NCBI RefSeq assembly: GCF_964204645.1
Contig: NC_134026.1
Span: 14,976,150-15,040,149, forward strand
Direction of reading: 5' to 3'
DNA from: Tubulanus polymorphus
Taxonomy: Eukaryota; Animalia; Nemertea
DNA: 64,000 nucleotides
Shown: piece after piece, positions 25,655 through 36,966 of the stretch
How positions within the stretch are numbered: position 1 is the first letter of the stretch
Layout: the number at the start of each line of letters is the position of its first letter
Translations under genes and position numbers: made by a program
The notes under the pieces: generated by a model
What the model was told of the DNA's origin: nothing
Database searches by the model: none
The model's input: only the letters and a program-made list of their open reading frames with translations

Positions 25655-26412
25655 ATGGTAGAATAAAAGAATACAGAATATTTGTTGATTCAAGAAGACT
25701 GGCAAATTATAAATCACATAATTTACTAGTACAATTAGATAGAGAATTTTAAAAATGCGTAGATTTAAAATTAGTAAATATTAGTTTATGTATCTCATTT
25801 TACAATATATCGGATAAATCTATTGGACATAGAGTCTTTTAATTCATGACAGAAATAAGAATAGATGGTTTCATCTTTATCTTAAACCAGGATTATATAA
25901 TTTAGAAACATTAGCTCAAGAAATTAATAAAAGAGCACAGGTAGAAAATGGGTGCATCTGCTGGATTTGGATTAAGACTTATTAAAAGTGATAGCTCTGA
26001 TAAAGTAAGAATAAAATTAGGCAATGAAGATCAGCATCAATTTCCAGTTAAAAAACCTTTAGCTAAAATTTTAGGAATAACCCCGGATGTAAGGATACGT
26101 AATGCTGATGCTACACCAAACTTAATGCCTTTTACGCATTTTTATATTTATTGCAATTTGATTGATCCTACAAAAACATTTGAAGCAACTAAAGATACAA
26201 TTTGTAATTCTGGTTTATTGAATATTTTACCATTGAAGAATGTTAAAGAATTTGGAACACAAATAAATTATAATTTAGCTGAGTGTGATTTCAAACCATG
26301 CATTCCTCAATTTAATAATTTTAGATTTGAAATTAGAAATTATAATGGATATTTAATTGATTTGAATAACTCTCATGTAATTCATGAATTAGTTATAAGA
26401 TGTAAAGAGTAA
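25655..26412 (+). pseudogene. Minor capsid (penton-like) gene, disrupted
   Basis: Homologous to 39781..40539; YRIFVDS, PGLYNL, FYIYCNLI, EIRNYNGYLIDLN. Confidence 0.7.
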
Positions 26413-26428
26413 TTTCTTTGATATATAA

Positions 26429-26773
26429 ATGAATATAACTGTTGGACCGAGTATATGTTTTGGGTTTGATTTTAAACATGGTAAAGAAATGAGAATTAAA
26501 CTAAATAATATAATTACTGATATTAAAAGTAAATCATTTAACAATGCATCAATGATTAATAAAGAAAATTATAATATCGAAAAGGTAATTGATTTAATCA
26601 AAACATCTTTTGAATATTATGAATTAAATGAAGATGGAATTATTGATGATATTAAAAACATATTATCTAAAATATATGATAATCATAAAAGTAGTAATGA
26701 AATAAATGTTGAATTAATCATAAATAACATAACTAAATATTTTGAAGATGGTAATTTTTTGATAAATAAATGA
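26429..26773 (+). CDS. Polinton hypothetical protein
   Basis: Homolog of 39408..39764 (MNITVGPSICFGFDFK). Confidence 0.7.
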   Translation: MNITVGPSICFGFDFKHGKEMRIKLNNIITDIKSKSFNNASMINKENYNIEKVIDLIKTSFEYYELNEDGIIDDIKNILSKIYDNHKSSNEINVELIINNITKYFEDGNFLINK

Positions 26774-27014
26774 GCGATAATAAGTGGATAATAATTGGAT
26801 TATATAATGGAGCATTATTATCAGTGGGAACTGTTGGATACAAAATGGTATTTAAAAAGTATTTAGAATGGGCAGTATTAATGTTGATAGATTTGATATC
26901 AATGATATTTTAAAATTTACGTTGGCAGTTACTTTATCTAATTTAACTATTGATTATATAGAAAAACAAAAATACATTCCTCCTATATAAATGCATAATT
27001 TTTTTGTTAAATAA

Positions 27015-27437
27015 ATGGTATCTGTAATTATAGCTATTATAGGATCGGCAATTGTTATCGCTTTAGCATTTACTGGTGGTGGTTATTTATTTAAGCATAT
27101 TGATAAAAATGGTTCATTATCAGAACAGAAAAGACATAATTTAGCATTAGAAAAATATAATAAAGCAGCGGAAGAATACAGAGAAAAGAGACAAAACTAT
27201 ATTGATTATATTAACAAAAAATTATATGATCACAAGATTTCACATAGAGATTTTCAATCAGTCGATGATGCAATGAGTTTATATAACGCAGTAACAAATA
27301 AAGAAAAATTACATCTATATAAACCTAAATTATCAGATTATTATACACCAAGTAAAGAACAACAGAAATATGAAATGATTTGGATTTTAGGTGGAACAGT
27401 TATTGTTATATTTGTTGCATATAAATTTACTAATTAA
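27015..27437 (+). CDS. Polinton small membrane protein
   Basis: Close homolog of 38739..39161; hydrophobic N- and C-terminal segments. Confidence 0.75.
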   Translation: MVSVIIAIIGSAIVIALAFTGGGYLFKHIDKNGSLSEQKRHNLALEKYNKAAEEYREKRQNYIDYINKKLYDHKISHRDFQSVDDAMSLYNAVTNKEKLHLYKPKLSDYYTPSKEQQKYEMIWILGGTVIVIFVAYKFTN

Positions 27438-27462
27438 TTATTTATTATTTTTTGTTAAATAA

Positions 27463-30400
27463 ATGGATGATAAAGTTGATAATATTGATATTATTCCTCA
27501 TGATATCAGTAAAACTAAATTAAAATCGTATTTGGAAAAACAAATATTAGAATTTGAAAATGATTTAAAAGTTTAAAAGAAAAAATATTTAAAAAGTGAA
27601 ATTATATATTATTTTTTTATTAGTGGTTCAGTTACAATTAGTTCTGTAATAACATTTTTAGCAATATTCTCACCATTAACACCTTTAGCTATATCAATTG
27701 GTGTGTTAGGATTTAGTTCAAGTGTTTTAACCGGAATAAGTTCAAAATTAAATATAAAAAAGTAATAAAGAAAAAATAATATAAAAGAAATTAATAAATT
27801 GAAGAATACATTAGATTATAGTATTAGTTTAAACGGTAATACAACAGTTGAAGAACAAGATAAATTATTAAAAGAATTAATAAATTATTAATTTTTTTAG
27901 TATATAAATGGGGTTTCCAAAAGCTTTCCAATATAATAAATAGAATTAAATATAATATGCCTACAATAGATTTTGATAAGAATATTACATATAAAGATTT
28001 AGTTTTAAATTCATTAGTTAATTTAGAAATTTATGTTACTGAAACACAGTTTTTTATTTCTAAAATGGAAAATATATTTAATGCATATGAAGTTACTTTT
28101 ACTCGAGATGAATATCATATACATGAAGTAAAATCTAATATGAAATATTGGCAGAATCAATTAAATTTTGCTGTTTATTGTGCAACAACAGGGTGTGGTA
28201 TAAGTTGGAACAATCATCTTAATAACTTAGATAAAAATTTGTCTTATTCAGATTTAAAATTCATTCATACAATACTTAGATTTCACACATATTTTCAAGT
28301 CAGAATTATATTAAATGAATTACAATGCCCTTTGCCTGGATGTAAATATTTTAAAGAATTGGATAATAATATTAATCTATCTAATTTTGATAAAATATGT
28401 AATGAATTTAATATAAATATTAATTCCGATTTTAGAGCGCATGGTAAATTGCAAGGTATTGGTGAACAGTGTGAAATATAAAGCATTGATTATATGCATA
28501 GAATTTCAGCTTATCATAATTATAAAATTGATAATAATAATGGTTGGATTAATTTCATTTTAGAAAATAGTGAAGGTTTTACAAAATCAGGTATACAAAG
28601 AATAAATCAATCTATAAGAACATATTTAATTTGTATATTAGGTGCACAAGTTGAAACAAGATCCCCAATAGTTGGAAATGATAGTACTTCATTTGATGCA
28701 CAGAAACAATTTAAAGTATTATTTGAAGATTCAATTCATAATGATAAAAATAGATCGATTCCAGAAAATATAGTCAGGTACAGAAATTATTCAGATAATT
28801 CTCATGTAAGATTAAATTATTGTATAGGTCCTAATTTATTGATTATTTCTAATGATTTAATATTAAAAATGGGAAATATAATTGGTTACAATAATTTGAT
28901 TAAAACTGCAACAATACATAATAAGTTTGGAATAAATGATATAAATAAGAAAATTATTACCGCTCCAAAATTAATGGAAGGTGAAAAAATTAAAAAACAT
29001 ATTCAATCAACTGAAACTAAAACTAAGAATATTGAATTAAATAATGATTATAAATTAAAAGATTACAATACATCAGAAAATATAAAAACTGATATTATTC
29101 AACATGAAATAATAAAAACCAATAATGATAATAAATCACATGAAAATGCTAAATTGACTATAACTTGTATAGGAATTATAATAGGAGGAATATTATATTT
29201 TTAATTTTAATTTTTATATGATATAAATGGATGTAGAAGGTGGAGAAGATATTCCAATGGAAGACATGGGAAATAATAATGATGGGTATAATGATGATGA
29301 TTATGATGATGCTGAAACTAATATTGTTGGTGATGATGGAACAGCATATAGTTCTAATTTAGCAGATAGTGGTTCTAAAGCCCCATCAACAGAGGAGTTT
29401 GATAAAAAACTAGATCGAGAATAAATCCTGAAAATGAAAATCCAGATTTAGTAAAACAAAGATTAGATCATAATGAATATATTTATAAATTCAAACCTGT
29501 ATTTGAAAGATCTGGGTATAAAATAAATGATAAAGGTGCCGAACGTTTAGTAGGAGATTTAAAACTAAAAGTTAAATATCATTATCATTTGGATGGGGAT
29601 TATTATATTGATATAACTAATAAAAGTACAAAACTAAATAAACTATTAGCAGAATCAACTTTGAGAAAATTAGAAACATTTAGAATTAAAAGAATAAATA
29701 ATACCTGGTAGTTATGAAACAACTGATGTTACACAACAAGAAAGAGATGATAATATAACAGACTTTAGTGAAAGAATTGATGATTTATTTGAAACAATCA
29801 ATAATAATTTAGAAACAGAAACAACTTCTAAACAGAATATAACTTCCAAAACTAGTAAATTTAAATCAAATAAAGTTCCAACTGAAAAACTTATACCGAA
29901 TGGATTACTTGATGCAACAGGTCAATAATTAGAAGATTTAAATTTATTTTCTGATAAAGCAATTAGAGAAATTATTAGTACAAGACTAGCAGCTGATAGT
30001 ATTGCGCATGATAAAAGTATAAGAGATTTTAAAATTAGATTTTTAGAAAAAGAATTATCTGATAAATATAAAGAAACAGATCAATTAAAGTCTGATTTAG
30101 AACGACAAGTGATTGATGAAATAGAATATAGGCAAAAAGAATTATGTTTAGAAAAAGAAATTGATAATTTAAAAGATAATTTAGAAGTACAGAAAGAAGA
30201 AATTAAATAATTATTAAAATCATATGATTATTGTATTAATAGATTAAAAGTTGTTGTTAAGGATTTAATAATAAAACCAGATTCTAATATATCATTGAAT
30301 GATAGAATAAAATTATTATTGAAGTTAGAAGGAATAACAATTCTTTCAATTTTAACACCTGTAACTATGGTATTTACAACAATAGGTTTAGCTATTTCTA

Positions 30401-30530
30401 ATTCATTAAAATCTGCGCCAAATCCTAATAAACCACCGGATAAACCTCCGAATAATAATTCTATACAAGATTAAGTTAAGGATGGTTTAAAAAAATTAAA
30501 TCTATGGGATATCAAAATATCTATGGGAAT
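27463..30530 (+). pseudogene. Disrupted homologs of the 144-aa, 433-aa and 478-aa genes of element C
   Basis: Starts at 27463, 27908 and 29227; sequences align by eye with element C; stops and frameshifts present. Confidence 0.8.
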
Positions 30531-30628
30531 TATCTATTTCTTCACAGAAAACCCTATTGAAATTCGCGTGATTATTATTATTTTTTTCCCCTTTTCCACA
30601 TAGTTTTTGTTAAAAGTGTAAAGGCTTC

Positions 30629-30748
30629 AGTAATTGGAAAAGTAGGCTTTCAGATCAGAGTACGAAGTACGAGACACCACTCATCACCACAAGTAATTTT
30701 TTTCCTAACACTCATCACCACAAGTAATTTTTTTTCCTAATTAATGGG
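30629..30748 (+). repeat. Left TIR of element C
   Basis: Reverse complement of 46962-47081; two direct copies of CACTCATCACCACAAGTAAT(T)n. Confidence 0.95.
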
Positions 30749-31070
30749 AGATAGAAAAGCATTCTTAGCAACAATAAATAACAGAATAAAACCAGCAAAA
30801 AAACAATTTGAAATAAAAAAGTTAGTTGATGTTACAAAAGAAATTGAACATAAAATATTGAAATTAGAAAAGATAAAAACTAAATATGGAGAGAAAGTAT
30901 CAGCTAATTTAAGCTACTGTAATGTTAGTACATCGCGAGAATTTAAAGTGTTTTTACCTGATAAATGGGTTTCATTGAGTACGGAGGAATTGAAAGATTT
31001 AGTAGGATTTAAAATAATATATCATGGGAAAAATGAAGACGGTCATCATGATTTAGAAATTGTTGATTAA
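30744..31070 (+). CDS. Small Polinton protein (possible OB-fold ssDNA-binding protein)
   Basis: 108 aa; KTKYGEKV and YHGKNEDGHHDLE motifs shared with the 117-aa ORF of copies A and B. Confidence 0.7.
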   Translation: MGDRKAFLATINNRIKPAKKQFEIKKLVDVTKEIEHKILKLEKIKTKYGEKVSANLSYCNVSTSREFKVFLPDKWVSLSTEELKDLVGFKIIYHGKNEDGHHDLEIVD

Positions 31071-31251
31071 ATTTTAAAAAAAATAAATTAATAGAAATAA
31101 TGAATATCTAGAATCCGAAATGACTTATCTGGACAATTTAATTGCTCCACATAGATGGTGCCATAAACAGCACCCACACAGTGATAGACAAAAGTAGTGA
31201 GATATTCAATTAATTAAAAAAAATTATTTTTTTTTGCTTTTTTCTAAAATA

Positions 31252-31620
31252 TTAATCCATTTTTTTTATTATCAATTTTGGAATTTCAGAAGTATTTTCA
31301 TTTTTGATAGCAGTTGTTTCAGAATTATTACTATCATGAATTTTATTTGATTTCTTATACCAATTACACCCAATCAAAATGAATACAATTACAAATCCAA
31401 CTGTAAAATATAGATATTTATCAAATATTCTACTATCAGAAGGAGTAGAAATAACAATATTTTCACCATTTTTATTAACATTTTTATTACTTATTTTTTC
31501 TTTTACAGCTTTTTTATATTCTTGTGATTTAATTCCTAATTGTCGAGACCATTCAATTTGTTTCTGAGTTCTCGGTTTTTTCTTCACAGTTAATTCCTTC
31601 ACTTCTTTCACTTCGCTCAT
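31252..31620 (-). CDS. Small basic protein with one TM segment
   Basis: TAAATG start; KKKPRTQKQIEW; hydrophobic YLYFTVGFVIVFILIG. Confidence 0.7.
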   Translation of the reverse strand: MSEVKEVKELTVKKKPRTQKQIEWSRQLGIKSQEYKKAVKEKISNKNVNKNGENIVISTPSDSRIFDKYLYFTVGFVIVFILIGCNWYKKSNKIHDSNNSETTAIKNENTSEIPKLIIKKMD

Positions 31621-32158
31621 TTATTATAGAAATATTTTTACTTTCAATATTTGAAAATGTTATAACCCCGGTTGATAATAATGTCATAAATCCACCTAAT
31701 TGAAATGATAAATATCCAATCCACTTATTTAATTCAGTCATAACTAAATAATCATATTTTAAATCGGAATATAATCTATTTTCATCTTCAATTGGTAGTA
31801 TATAATTACATAATTTACTATAACCTTTTACTACATTTTCTGATATCGCTTCATTAATTTTAGCTGTTCTCGCGGCTTCATAAATCTTAAATAATCTAAT
31901 AATTTCAACTGATTTCATTGTATCTAATTCATTATAAGTTAAATTTTTATCAACAAATTTTTTACATTTTCCAGATGCTATTAATATTTCTAATTGATGT
32001 TTGCAATAAAGATAATATTCATAATCATTATTTGTTGTAACATTATTTAAAGCACCATCATCTGGAGTTAATTTTGTTTCTGTTATTCCTAAATCATCTA
32101 AAGTTTTTTCAATTGGAACATCACCATTTTTAGATTTTATTTTCTTTTCACCTCCCAT
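31553..32158 (-). CDS. Polinton hypothetical protein with hydrophobic C-terminal segment
   Basis: 201-aa ORF in AT-rich DNA with TAAATG start. Confidence 0.75.
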   Translation of the reverse strand: MGGEKKIKSKNGDVPIEKTLDDLGITETKLTPDDGALNNVTTNNDYEYYLYCKHQLEILIASGKCKKFVDKNLTYNELDTMKSVEIIRLFKIYEAARTAKINEAISENVVKGYSKLCNYILPIEDENRLYSDLKYDYLVMTELNKWIGYLSFQLGGFMTLLSTGVITFSNIESKNISIINERSERSEGINCEEKTENSETN

Positions 32159-32169
32159 TTATAAAACAA

Positions 32170-32450
32170 ATAAATTAGTTGTGTTGTTGCAACTAGAATT
32201 CAACTAGAATGTAATTAGAATTCAACTAGATTAACAAGCTAGTTGAAATATTGTTGTTTTTGTTTATTTCTTGTTAAATCTAGTTGATTTTTGTTTCAAC
32301 TACTAACAACTAGAATTCAACTAGAATGTAACTAGAATTAAAATAGATTAACAAGCTAGTTAAAATATTGTTAAATCTATTTGATTTTTGTTACAACTAC
32401 TAATAACTAGAATTCAACTAGAATTCAACTAGATTAACAAACTAATTGAA
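32170..32450. repeat. Intergenic array of CAACTAGAATT-type degenerate repeats
   Basis: Many copies of (C)AACTAGA(ATT) in higher-order blocks; a similar stretch occurs at about 48255-48300. Confidence 0.75.
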
Positions 32451-32451
32451 T

Positions 32452-33060
32452 TTAAATAAATTCATATTTAAATGGGTGTTGTAATCTAAATAGTAATTTT
32501 GATCTTTTAATATTTTTCAACTTATCCATATATTCATTATGTAAATCATGTGGAATAATATCATTTTCCTCAAGTGCATTTTTCATCGATTTTCTATCTT
32601 TATTGTAGAATAAAACTAGAAATCTAATGTTTTCTCTAAAGTCTTTAACAATTGAATTATATTTTTGATTTAAAACCCAAGTTGTTATCCCAAAATGTCT
32701 CCCAGAGAAAGCTAAATAACATAACTCACTTTCTCTAATTTTAGAATCATGTAAATTTGCGCAATCATCTATGATAAATAATGTATTTGATCCTTTATAA
32801 ATATCAATTGCTATTTTTATACAATTATCTAAATTTTCTTTTACTGTTTTAGGATCTAATATAATAAATTTATTATTCCTAGTAATATTTTTATCATAAG
32901 TTTGATTAAATTCATACGTTGGGCAAAATAATACTATATTATCAAAATAGTTTTCATAAACAGTTTCTAATAAATTTAATATGAAATAAGTTTTTCCACA
33001 ATTTGTTACGCCAGATATTAACATATTATGAGGCTCAAATATAAATAATTCTTTATTCAT
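32452..33060 (-). CDS. A32/FtsK-like DNA packaging ATPase
   Basis: Walker A GVTNCGKT, Walker B LFIIDD, SGRHFGI and the downstream Q motif. Confidence 0.93.
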   Translation of the reverse strand: MNKELFIFEPHNMLISGVTNCGKTYFILNLLETVYENYFDNIVLFCPTYEFNQTYDKNITRNNKFIILDPKTVKENLDNCIKIAIDIYKGSNTLFIIDDCANLHDSKIRESELCYLAFSGRHFGITTWVLNQKYNSIVKDFRENIRFLVLFYNKDRKSMKNALEENDIIPHDLHNEYMDKLKNIKRSKLLFRLQHPFKYEFI

Positions 33061-34191
33061 TTATATATTTTTAATTTTACTTGATAGTATCCATTCATTG
33101 AATTTATCTGGCCATCCAACCCATTTTACTAAAGAATATTTTTTTCTTTTAACAGTTTTTGTTTTTAATACTTTTTCAATTTTATATTCTTGTTCTAGAT
33201 TTTCAGTAGTTAAACTTAATTCTTCTTCGTAAAAGTAGCCATCAACTTCTTCACCATCTAAATCTTCTAATTTATAGACATATGGTTTTGTTGTTATTAC
33301 CTTTTTTATTTTGTATATTTCTCTAGTAAAATTTCGATCGTATCCTTTGTCAAATATCTTTTTATACTTAGAAATTCTAACATTTTGACCAACTTTAAAT
33401 TTAGGTTCACCAAAATCATCAACAAGAAATGCTCCATATAAATTATTCCAAACAATTTCAGCATTTTCAGGTTTTCTAGCATCAATAGGTTTCATTCCAA
33501 TAGAAGAATGATAAGAATTATTATATCCTTCTATAAATTTTGGTAAAACATCAATCCATTTATAAGTATTATTTGCTGTAAAATATTTCCACATTCTTCT
33601 TGTTCTTAATGTTCTATTAAATCGTTCAACAACTGCTGCTTTTTTATCTGATTTTGTTGAAAAATATTTAATATTATGAAAATCTAAAAGTCCATGAACT
33701 AATGAATTATCAAATTCTTTTCCATCATCAAATTGTATTTTTTCTGGTTTTAGTTTACCACCTGAAAGAAATTTTCTTAAAACATTTGATGTTTGTACAG
33801 CATCTTTTCTATAAAGTGGGAAACTCCATACATAACGACTAAAAATATCAATTATATTCAATAACCACCAATAATCATCATTATCTTTCTTAACATTTTT
33901 CATATCAATTAAATCTCCTTGCCACTGTTGATCTACATAACTTACCATAGTTTTACGAGTTTTATATTTTCTAACAATTTTTTTATGTGTTGTATATGTT
34001 GGTTGTTCTAACATAAATTCATTTATATCTTTATATTTAACTAAATTTTGTGGGATTATCTTATCTAATTTATCTTGTTTTACTTTACGCCATATATTTT
34101 TAGTAGAAGAATAAGCAACCGAACTCTCAGGGTTGTAATATAAATTTCTTAAATATTGTTCTTTAGTATTAGGAGTTTTTTTACCACTCAT
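33061..34191 (-). CDS. Retroviral-like (rve) integrase with C-terminal chromodomain
   Basis: WQGDL, QFDDGKEF, VVERFNRT; YKIEKVLK...LVKWVGWPDKFNEWI. Confidence 0.95.
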   Translation of the reverse strand: MSGKKTPNTKEQYLRNLYYNPESSVAYSSTKNIWRKVKQDKLDKIIPQNLVKYKDINEFMLEQPTYTTHKKIVRKYKTRKTMVSYVDQQWQGDLIDMKNVKKDNDDYWWLLNIIDIFSRYVWSFPLYRKDAVQTSNVLRKFLSGGKLKPEKIQFDDGKEFDNSLVHGLLDFHNIKYFSTKSDKKAAVVERFNRTLRTRRMWKYFTANNTYKWIDVLPKFIEGYNNSYHSSIGMKPIDARKPENAEIVWNNLYGAFLVDDFGEPKFKVGQNVRISKYKKIFDKGYDRNFTREIYKIKKVITTKPYVYKLEDLDGEEVDGYFYEEELSLTTENLEQEYKIEKVLKTKTVKRKKYSLVKWVGWPDKFNEWILSSKIKNI

Positions 34192-34221
34192 TTATATATC
34201 CTTAATTTTAACTTTATATTT

Positions 34222-35469
34222 CTAATATTGAATACTATCTAATTGAGAATTTACAATATTTAATTGTGCGTCAGATATAATATAAATGTGCATTTTAAAA
34301 TTTTTGATTCCTTTATTCTTTTTCATAAATAATTGTATTCCATCTTTAGTGTTCTGTAGTTTTTTTCCAGAACCATGTAATAAGTTATCTTCAGTTGTTC
34401 TAAAATCTAACCATAATGCATATTTATTACCGGTATAATAATCAATTTGATTAATGTTACAATTTTCAGATGATTTCACTTTTTCATTCATAAAATGTTT
34501 TCTAATTTCTGGCCATTGATCAATCATTCTCATTCCTTGACAAAATATTTTATTCGCTATTCCTTCGATAGTTATTTCTACTTTTGTTATTTCAGGATTA
34601 TAATAATTATCAACATTTATTGCACCATTAGAATATGTTGCAATAGTAAAAAATATTAATATACCTTTAATAGATCTTCTAGGAAAGTTAATATTCTCAT
34701 TAATTATTTCATCATTTGCATTAATAGTTACAGTTTTAAATTTATCAATATAATCATATAATAATGAAAATCCTTGATTGTATTGAGTTTGAATTGTGCT
34801 AGCAATATTTTCATTAGTTATTGTGTTATATTCTAAACATATATTCGATAATTTATAACTCATATCTTTAACAACGCTAGATAATACAATTTCATTTACA
34901 GGAGCAAATGTTATCTCAAATATAATATCTTCTTGAATTGCGTATTTATATAAAGGTGCATTATTATTTATCAATTCAAAGTCTAATGGAATTTTATATT
35001 TGCTTCCATAAATCTTTTTAATCAAATTATCTGTGGCACGAGTTACTACTGCATTATTGGCTTCAGATCTTAATTTATTATGGTTTTCCGATTGGATGCC
35101 TTGAAATATCATATTATTTCTATTTTCTTTAGTTAACCATAAATCTTTATAATGCATAAATAAATTATAATCATCTAATGAGAAAACTGTTTCCGGACCA
35201 ATCTTTATTGTTAACTTTTTAATCAAATATCTTCCAACATTATCAACAACATAATTGTTATCATGGCCAGTTACTTTTATATCGGCTGATAAATAAATAC
35301 TGTTTGGAACATAAAAAGTATTTTGTGTTAATCGAGGGATTCTAACATATAAAGTTTCATCGGGATTAATATTTGAAGGGTTATGAGTAATTATATGATG
35401 TGATCTTTCTGCTTTAATAGCATTAGATATTCTATGATTCTTCGAAGGACTTATATAACTCCCACTCAT
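34222..35469 (-). CDS. Major capsid protein (double jelly roll, hexon-like)
   Basis: 415 aa, beta-rich; NPSNINPDETLYVRIP, KIPLDF, YKLSNICLEY, YNPEITKVEITIEG and LWLDFRT..HGSG pattern as recalled for invertebrate Polinton MCPs; position next to integrase and ATPase. Confidence 0.8.
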   Translation of the reverse strand: MSGSYISPSKNHRISNAIKAERSHHIITHNPSNINPDETLYVRIPRLTQNTFYVPNSIYLSADIKVTGHDNNYVVDNVGRYLIKKLTIKIGPETVFSLDDYNLFMHYKDLWLTKENRNNMIFQGIQSENHNKLRSEANNAVVTRATDNLIKKIYGSKYKIPLDFELINNNAPLYKYAIQEDIIFEITFAPVNEIVLSSVVKDMSYKLSNICLEYNTITNENIASTIQTQYNQGFSLLYDYIDKFKTVTINANDEIINENINFPRRSIKGILIFFTIATYSNGAINVDNYYNPEITKVEITIEGIANKIFCQGMRMIDQWPEIRKHFMNEKVKSSENCNINQIDYYTGNKYALWLDFRTTEDNLLHGSGKKLQNTKDGIQLFMKKNKGIKNFKMHIYIISDAQLNIVNSQLDSIQY

Positions 35470-35513
35470 TTATTTAACAAAAAAATTAATTATTTATTTT
35501 TTGATATCATGGT

Positions 35514-36950
35514 TTACTTGATATTTTTTGATATCATATTTACTAAACCAAAAATAATAGCACTTACAACTGTAATTAAAAATAAAATAATATGTTCAGC
35601 AGCAATGTTAATAATGTTTCCTGCAGATTTCAATATAAAACCAACAATTGAAGCAATAACTCCTGGTAAAGCTGCAGCAGATTTCTTTGATAGTTCCCAT
35701 AAATATTTTGCTAATTTCTTTAAACCATCCTTAACTTTATCTTGTATAGAATTATTACCTGGAGGTTTATCTGGTTTGTTAGGAGTGGGAGTAGGAGTAG
35801 ATTTCAAAGCATTTGATATAGCTAAACCTATTGTTGTAAATAACATAGTAACAGATGTTAGAATTGAAAGAATTGTTATTCCTTCTAATTTAAATAATAA
35901 TTTTATTCTGTCTTTCAATGATATTTTAGAATCTGGTTTTATCAACAAATCTTTAAAAATAACTTTTAATCTATTAATATTATAATCATATGATTTTAAC
36001 AATAATTTAATTTCTTCTTTTTGTAATTCTATGTTATATTCTAAATCATCTTTTTCTTTTTCTAAACGTAATTCTTTTTGCCTATATTCTATTTCATCAA
36101 TTACTTGATGATCTAAATCAGACTTTAGTTGTTCTATTTCTTTATTTTTATCAGTTAATTCTTTTTCTAAAATTCTAATTTTAAAATCTCTTATACTTTT
36201 ATTATGTGCAATTTTATCACATGCAAGTCTTATACTAATAATTTCTCTAATTGCTTTATCAGAAAATATATTTAAATCTTCTAATTGTTGATTTGTTGCA
36301 TCAAGTAATCCATTTGGTAAAAGTTTTACAGTTTGAACTTTATTTGATTTAAGTTTACTATTTTTGGAAGTTATATTCTGTTCAGAAGTTGTTTCTGTTT
36401 CTAAATTTTCATTAATTATCTTAAAAAATTTAGCATTTCTTTGTTTAAATTCTTTTATATTATAATCTCTTTCTTCTTGTGTAACATCAATTATAGCATC
36501 ATTTTTTATTTTCTTAATTCTAGATTGTTCTAATAAATTAAAAGTTGATTGTGTTATTATTTTATCACTATTTTTAAGATTTGAAATCTTAAAATAATAG
36601 TCGCCTTTCAATTTCCAATAATATTCACCATTTAAAAATTTTAAATCTTCTACTAAATGATCCATACCTTTATTTGTTATATTGAAACCAGATTTTTCTA
36701 ATATTGGTTTAAATTTATGAATAATTTCATTATAATTGTATTCTTTTTCTGTTATTTCTGGTACTTCATTTTCAATACTTATCTTTGAACGTGCTTTGTC
36801 AATAAATTGGGGTGTAGTTAAATTAGAATTATATGCTGATTCATTACCATCATTAAAACTTGTTTCATCAAAATCAGGTGGTTGTTCATCAGTTATACCA
36901 GGTTCATCAAAAGGATCCATTCCAATATCTTCTACACCTTCTACATCCAT
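35514..36950 (-). CDS. Coiled-coil protein with C-terminal hydrophobic/TM helices
   Basis: 478 aa; acidic N-terminus, heptad-rich middle, GITILSILTSVTMLFTTIGL, AAALPGVIASIVGFIL, IILFLITVVSAIIFGLV. Confidence 0.8.
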   Translation of the reverse strand: MDVEGVEDIGMDPFDEPGITDEQPPDFDETSFNDGNESAYNSNLTTPQFIDKARSKISIENEVPEITEKEYNYNEIIHKFKPILEKSGFNITNKGMDHLVEDLKFLNGEYYWKLKGDYYFKISNLKNSDKIITQSTFNLLEQSRIKKIKNDAIIDVTQEERDYNIKEFKQRNAKFFKIINENLETETTSEQNITSKNSKLKSNKVQTVKLLPNGLLDATNQQLEDLNIFSDKAIREIISIRLACDKIAHNKSIRDFKIRILEKELTDKNKEIEQLKSDLDHQVIDEIEYRQKELRLEKEKDDLEYNIELQKEEIKLLLKSYDYNINRLKVIFKDLLIKPDSKISLKDRIKLLFKLEGITILSILTSVTMLFTTIGLAISNALKSTPTPTPNKPDKPPGNNSIQDKVKDGLKKLAKYLWELSKKSAAALPGVIASIVGFILKSAGNIINIAAEHIILFLITVVSAIIFGLVNMISKNIK

Positions 36951-36966
36951 TTATATAATAAAAAAA

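Larger units (their letters stand above)
21893..30536 (+). mobile_element. Polinton copy B (hairpin-ended subfamily), decayed, right part missing
   Basis: Starts AGTAATTGGG; pPolB fragments, then the 117-aa ORF, penton and the same membrane-protein gene block as element C; truncated inside the 478-aa homolog. Confidence 0.9.

Noticed and set aside
35434-35985. 183-aa plus-strand ORF and similar shadow ORFs (3509, 6305, 8675, 8932, 10588, 31379, 36736, 38367, 44211)
   Set aside because: Antisense to well-supported genes, with no motifs of their own.
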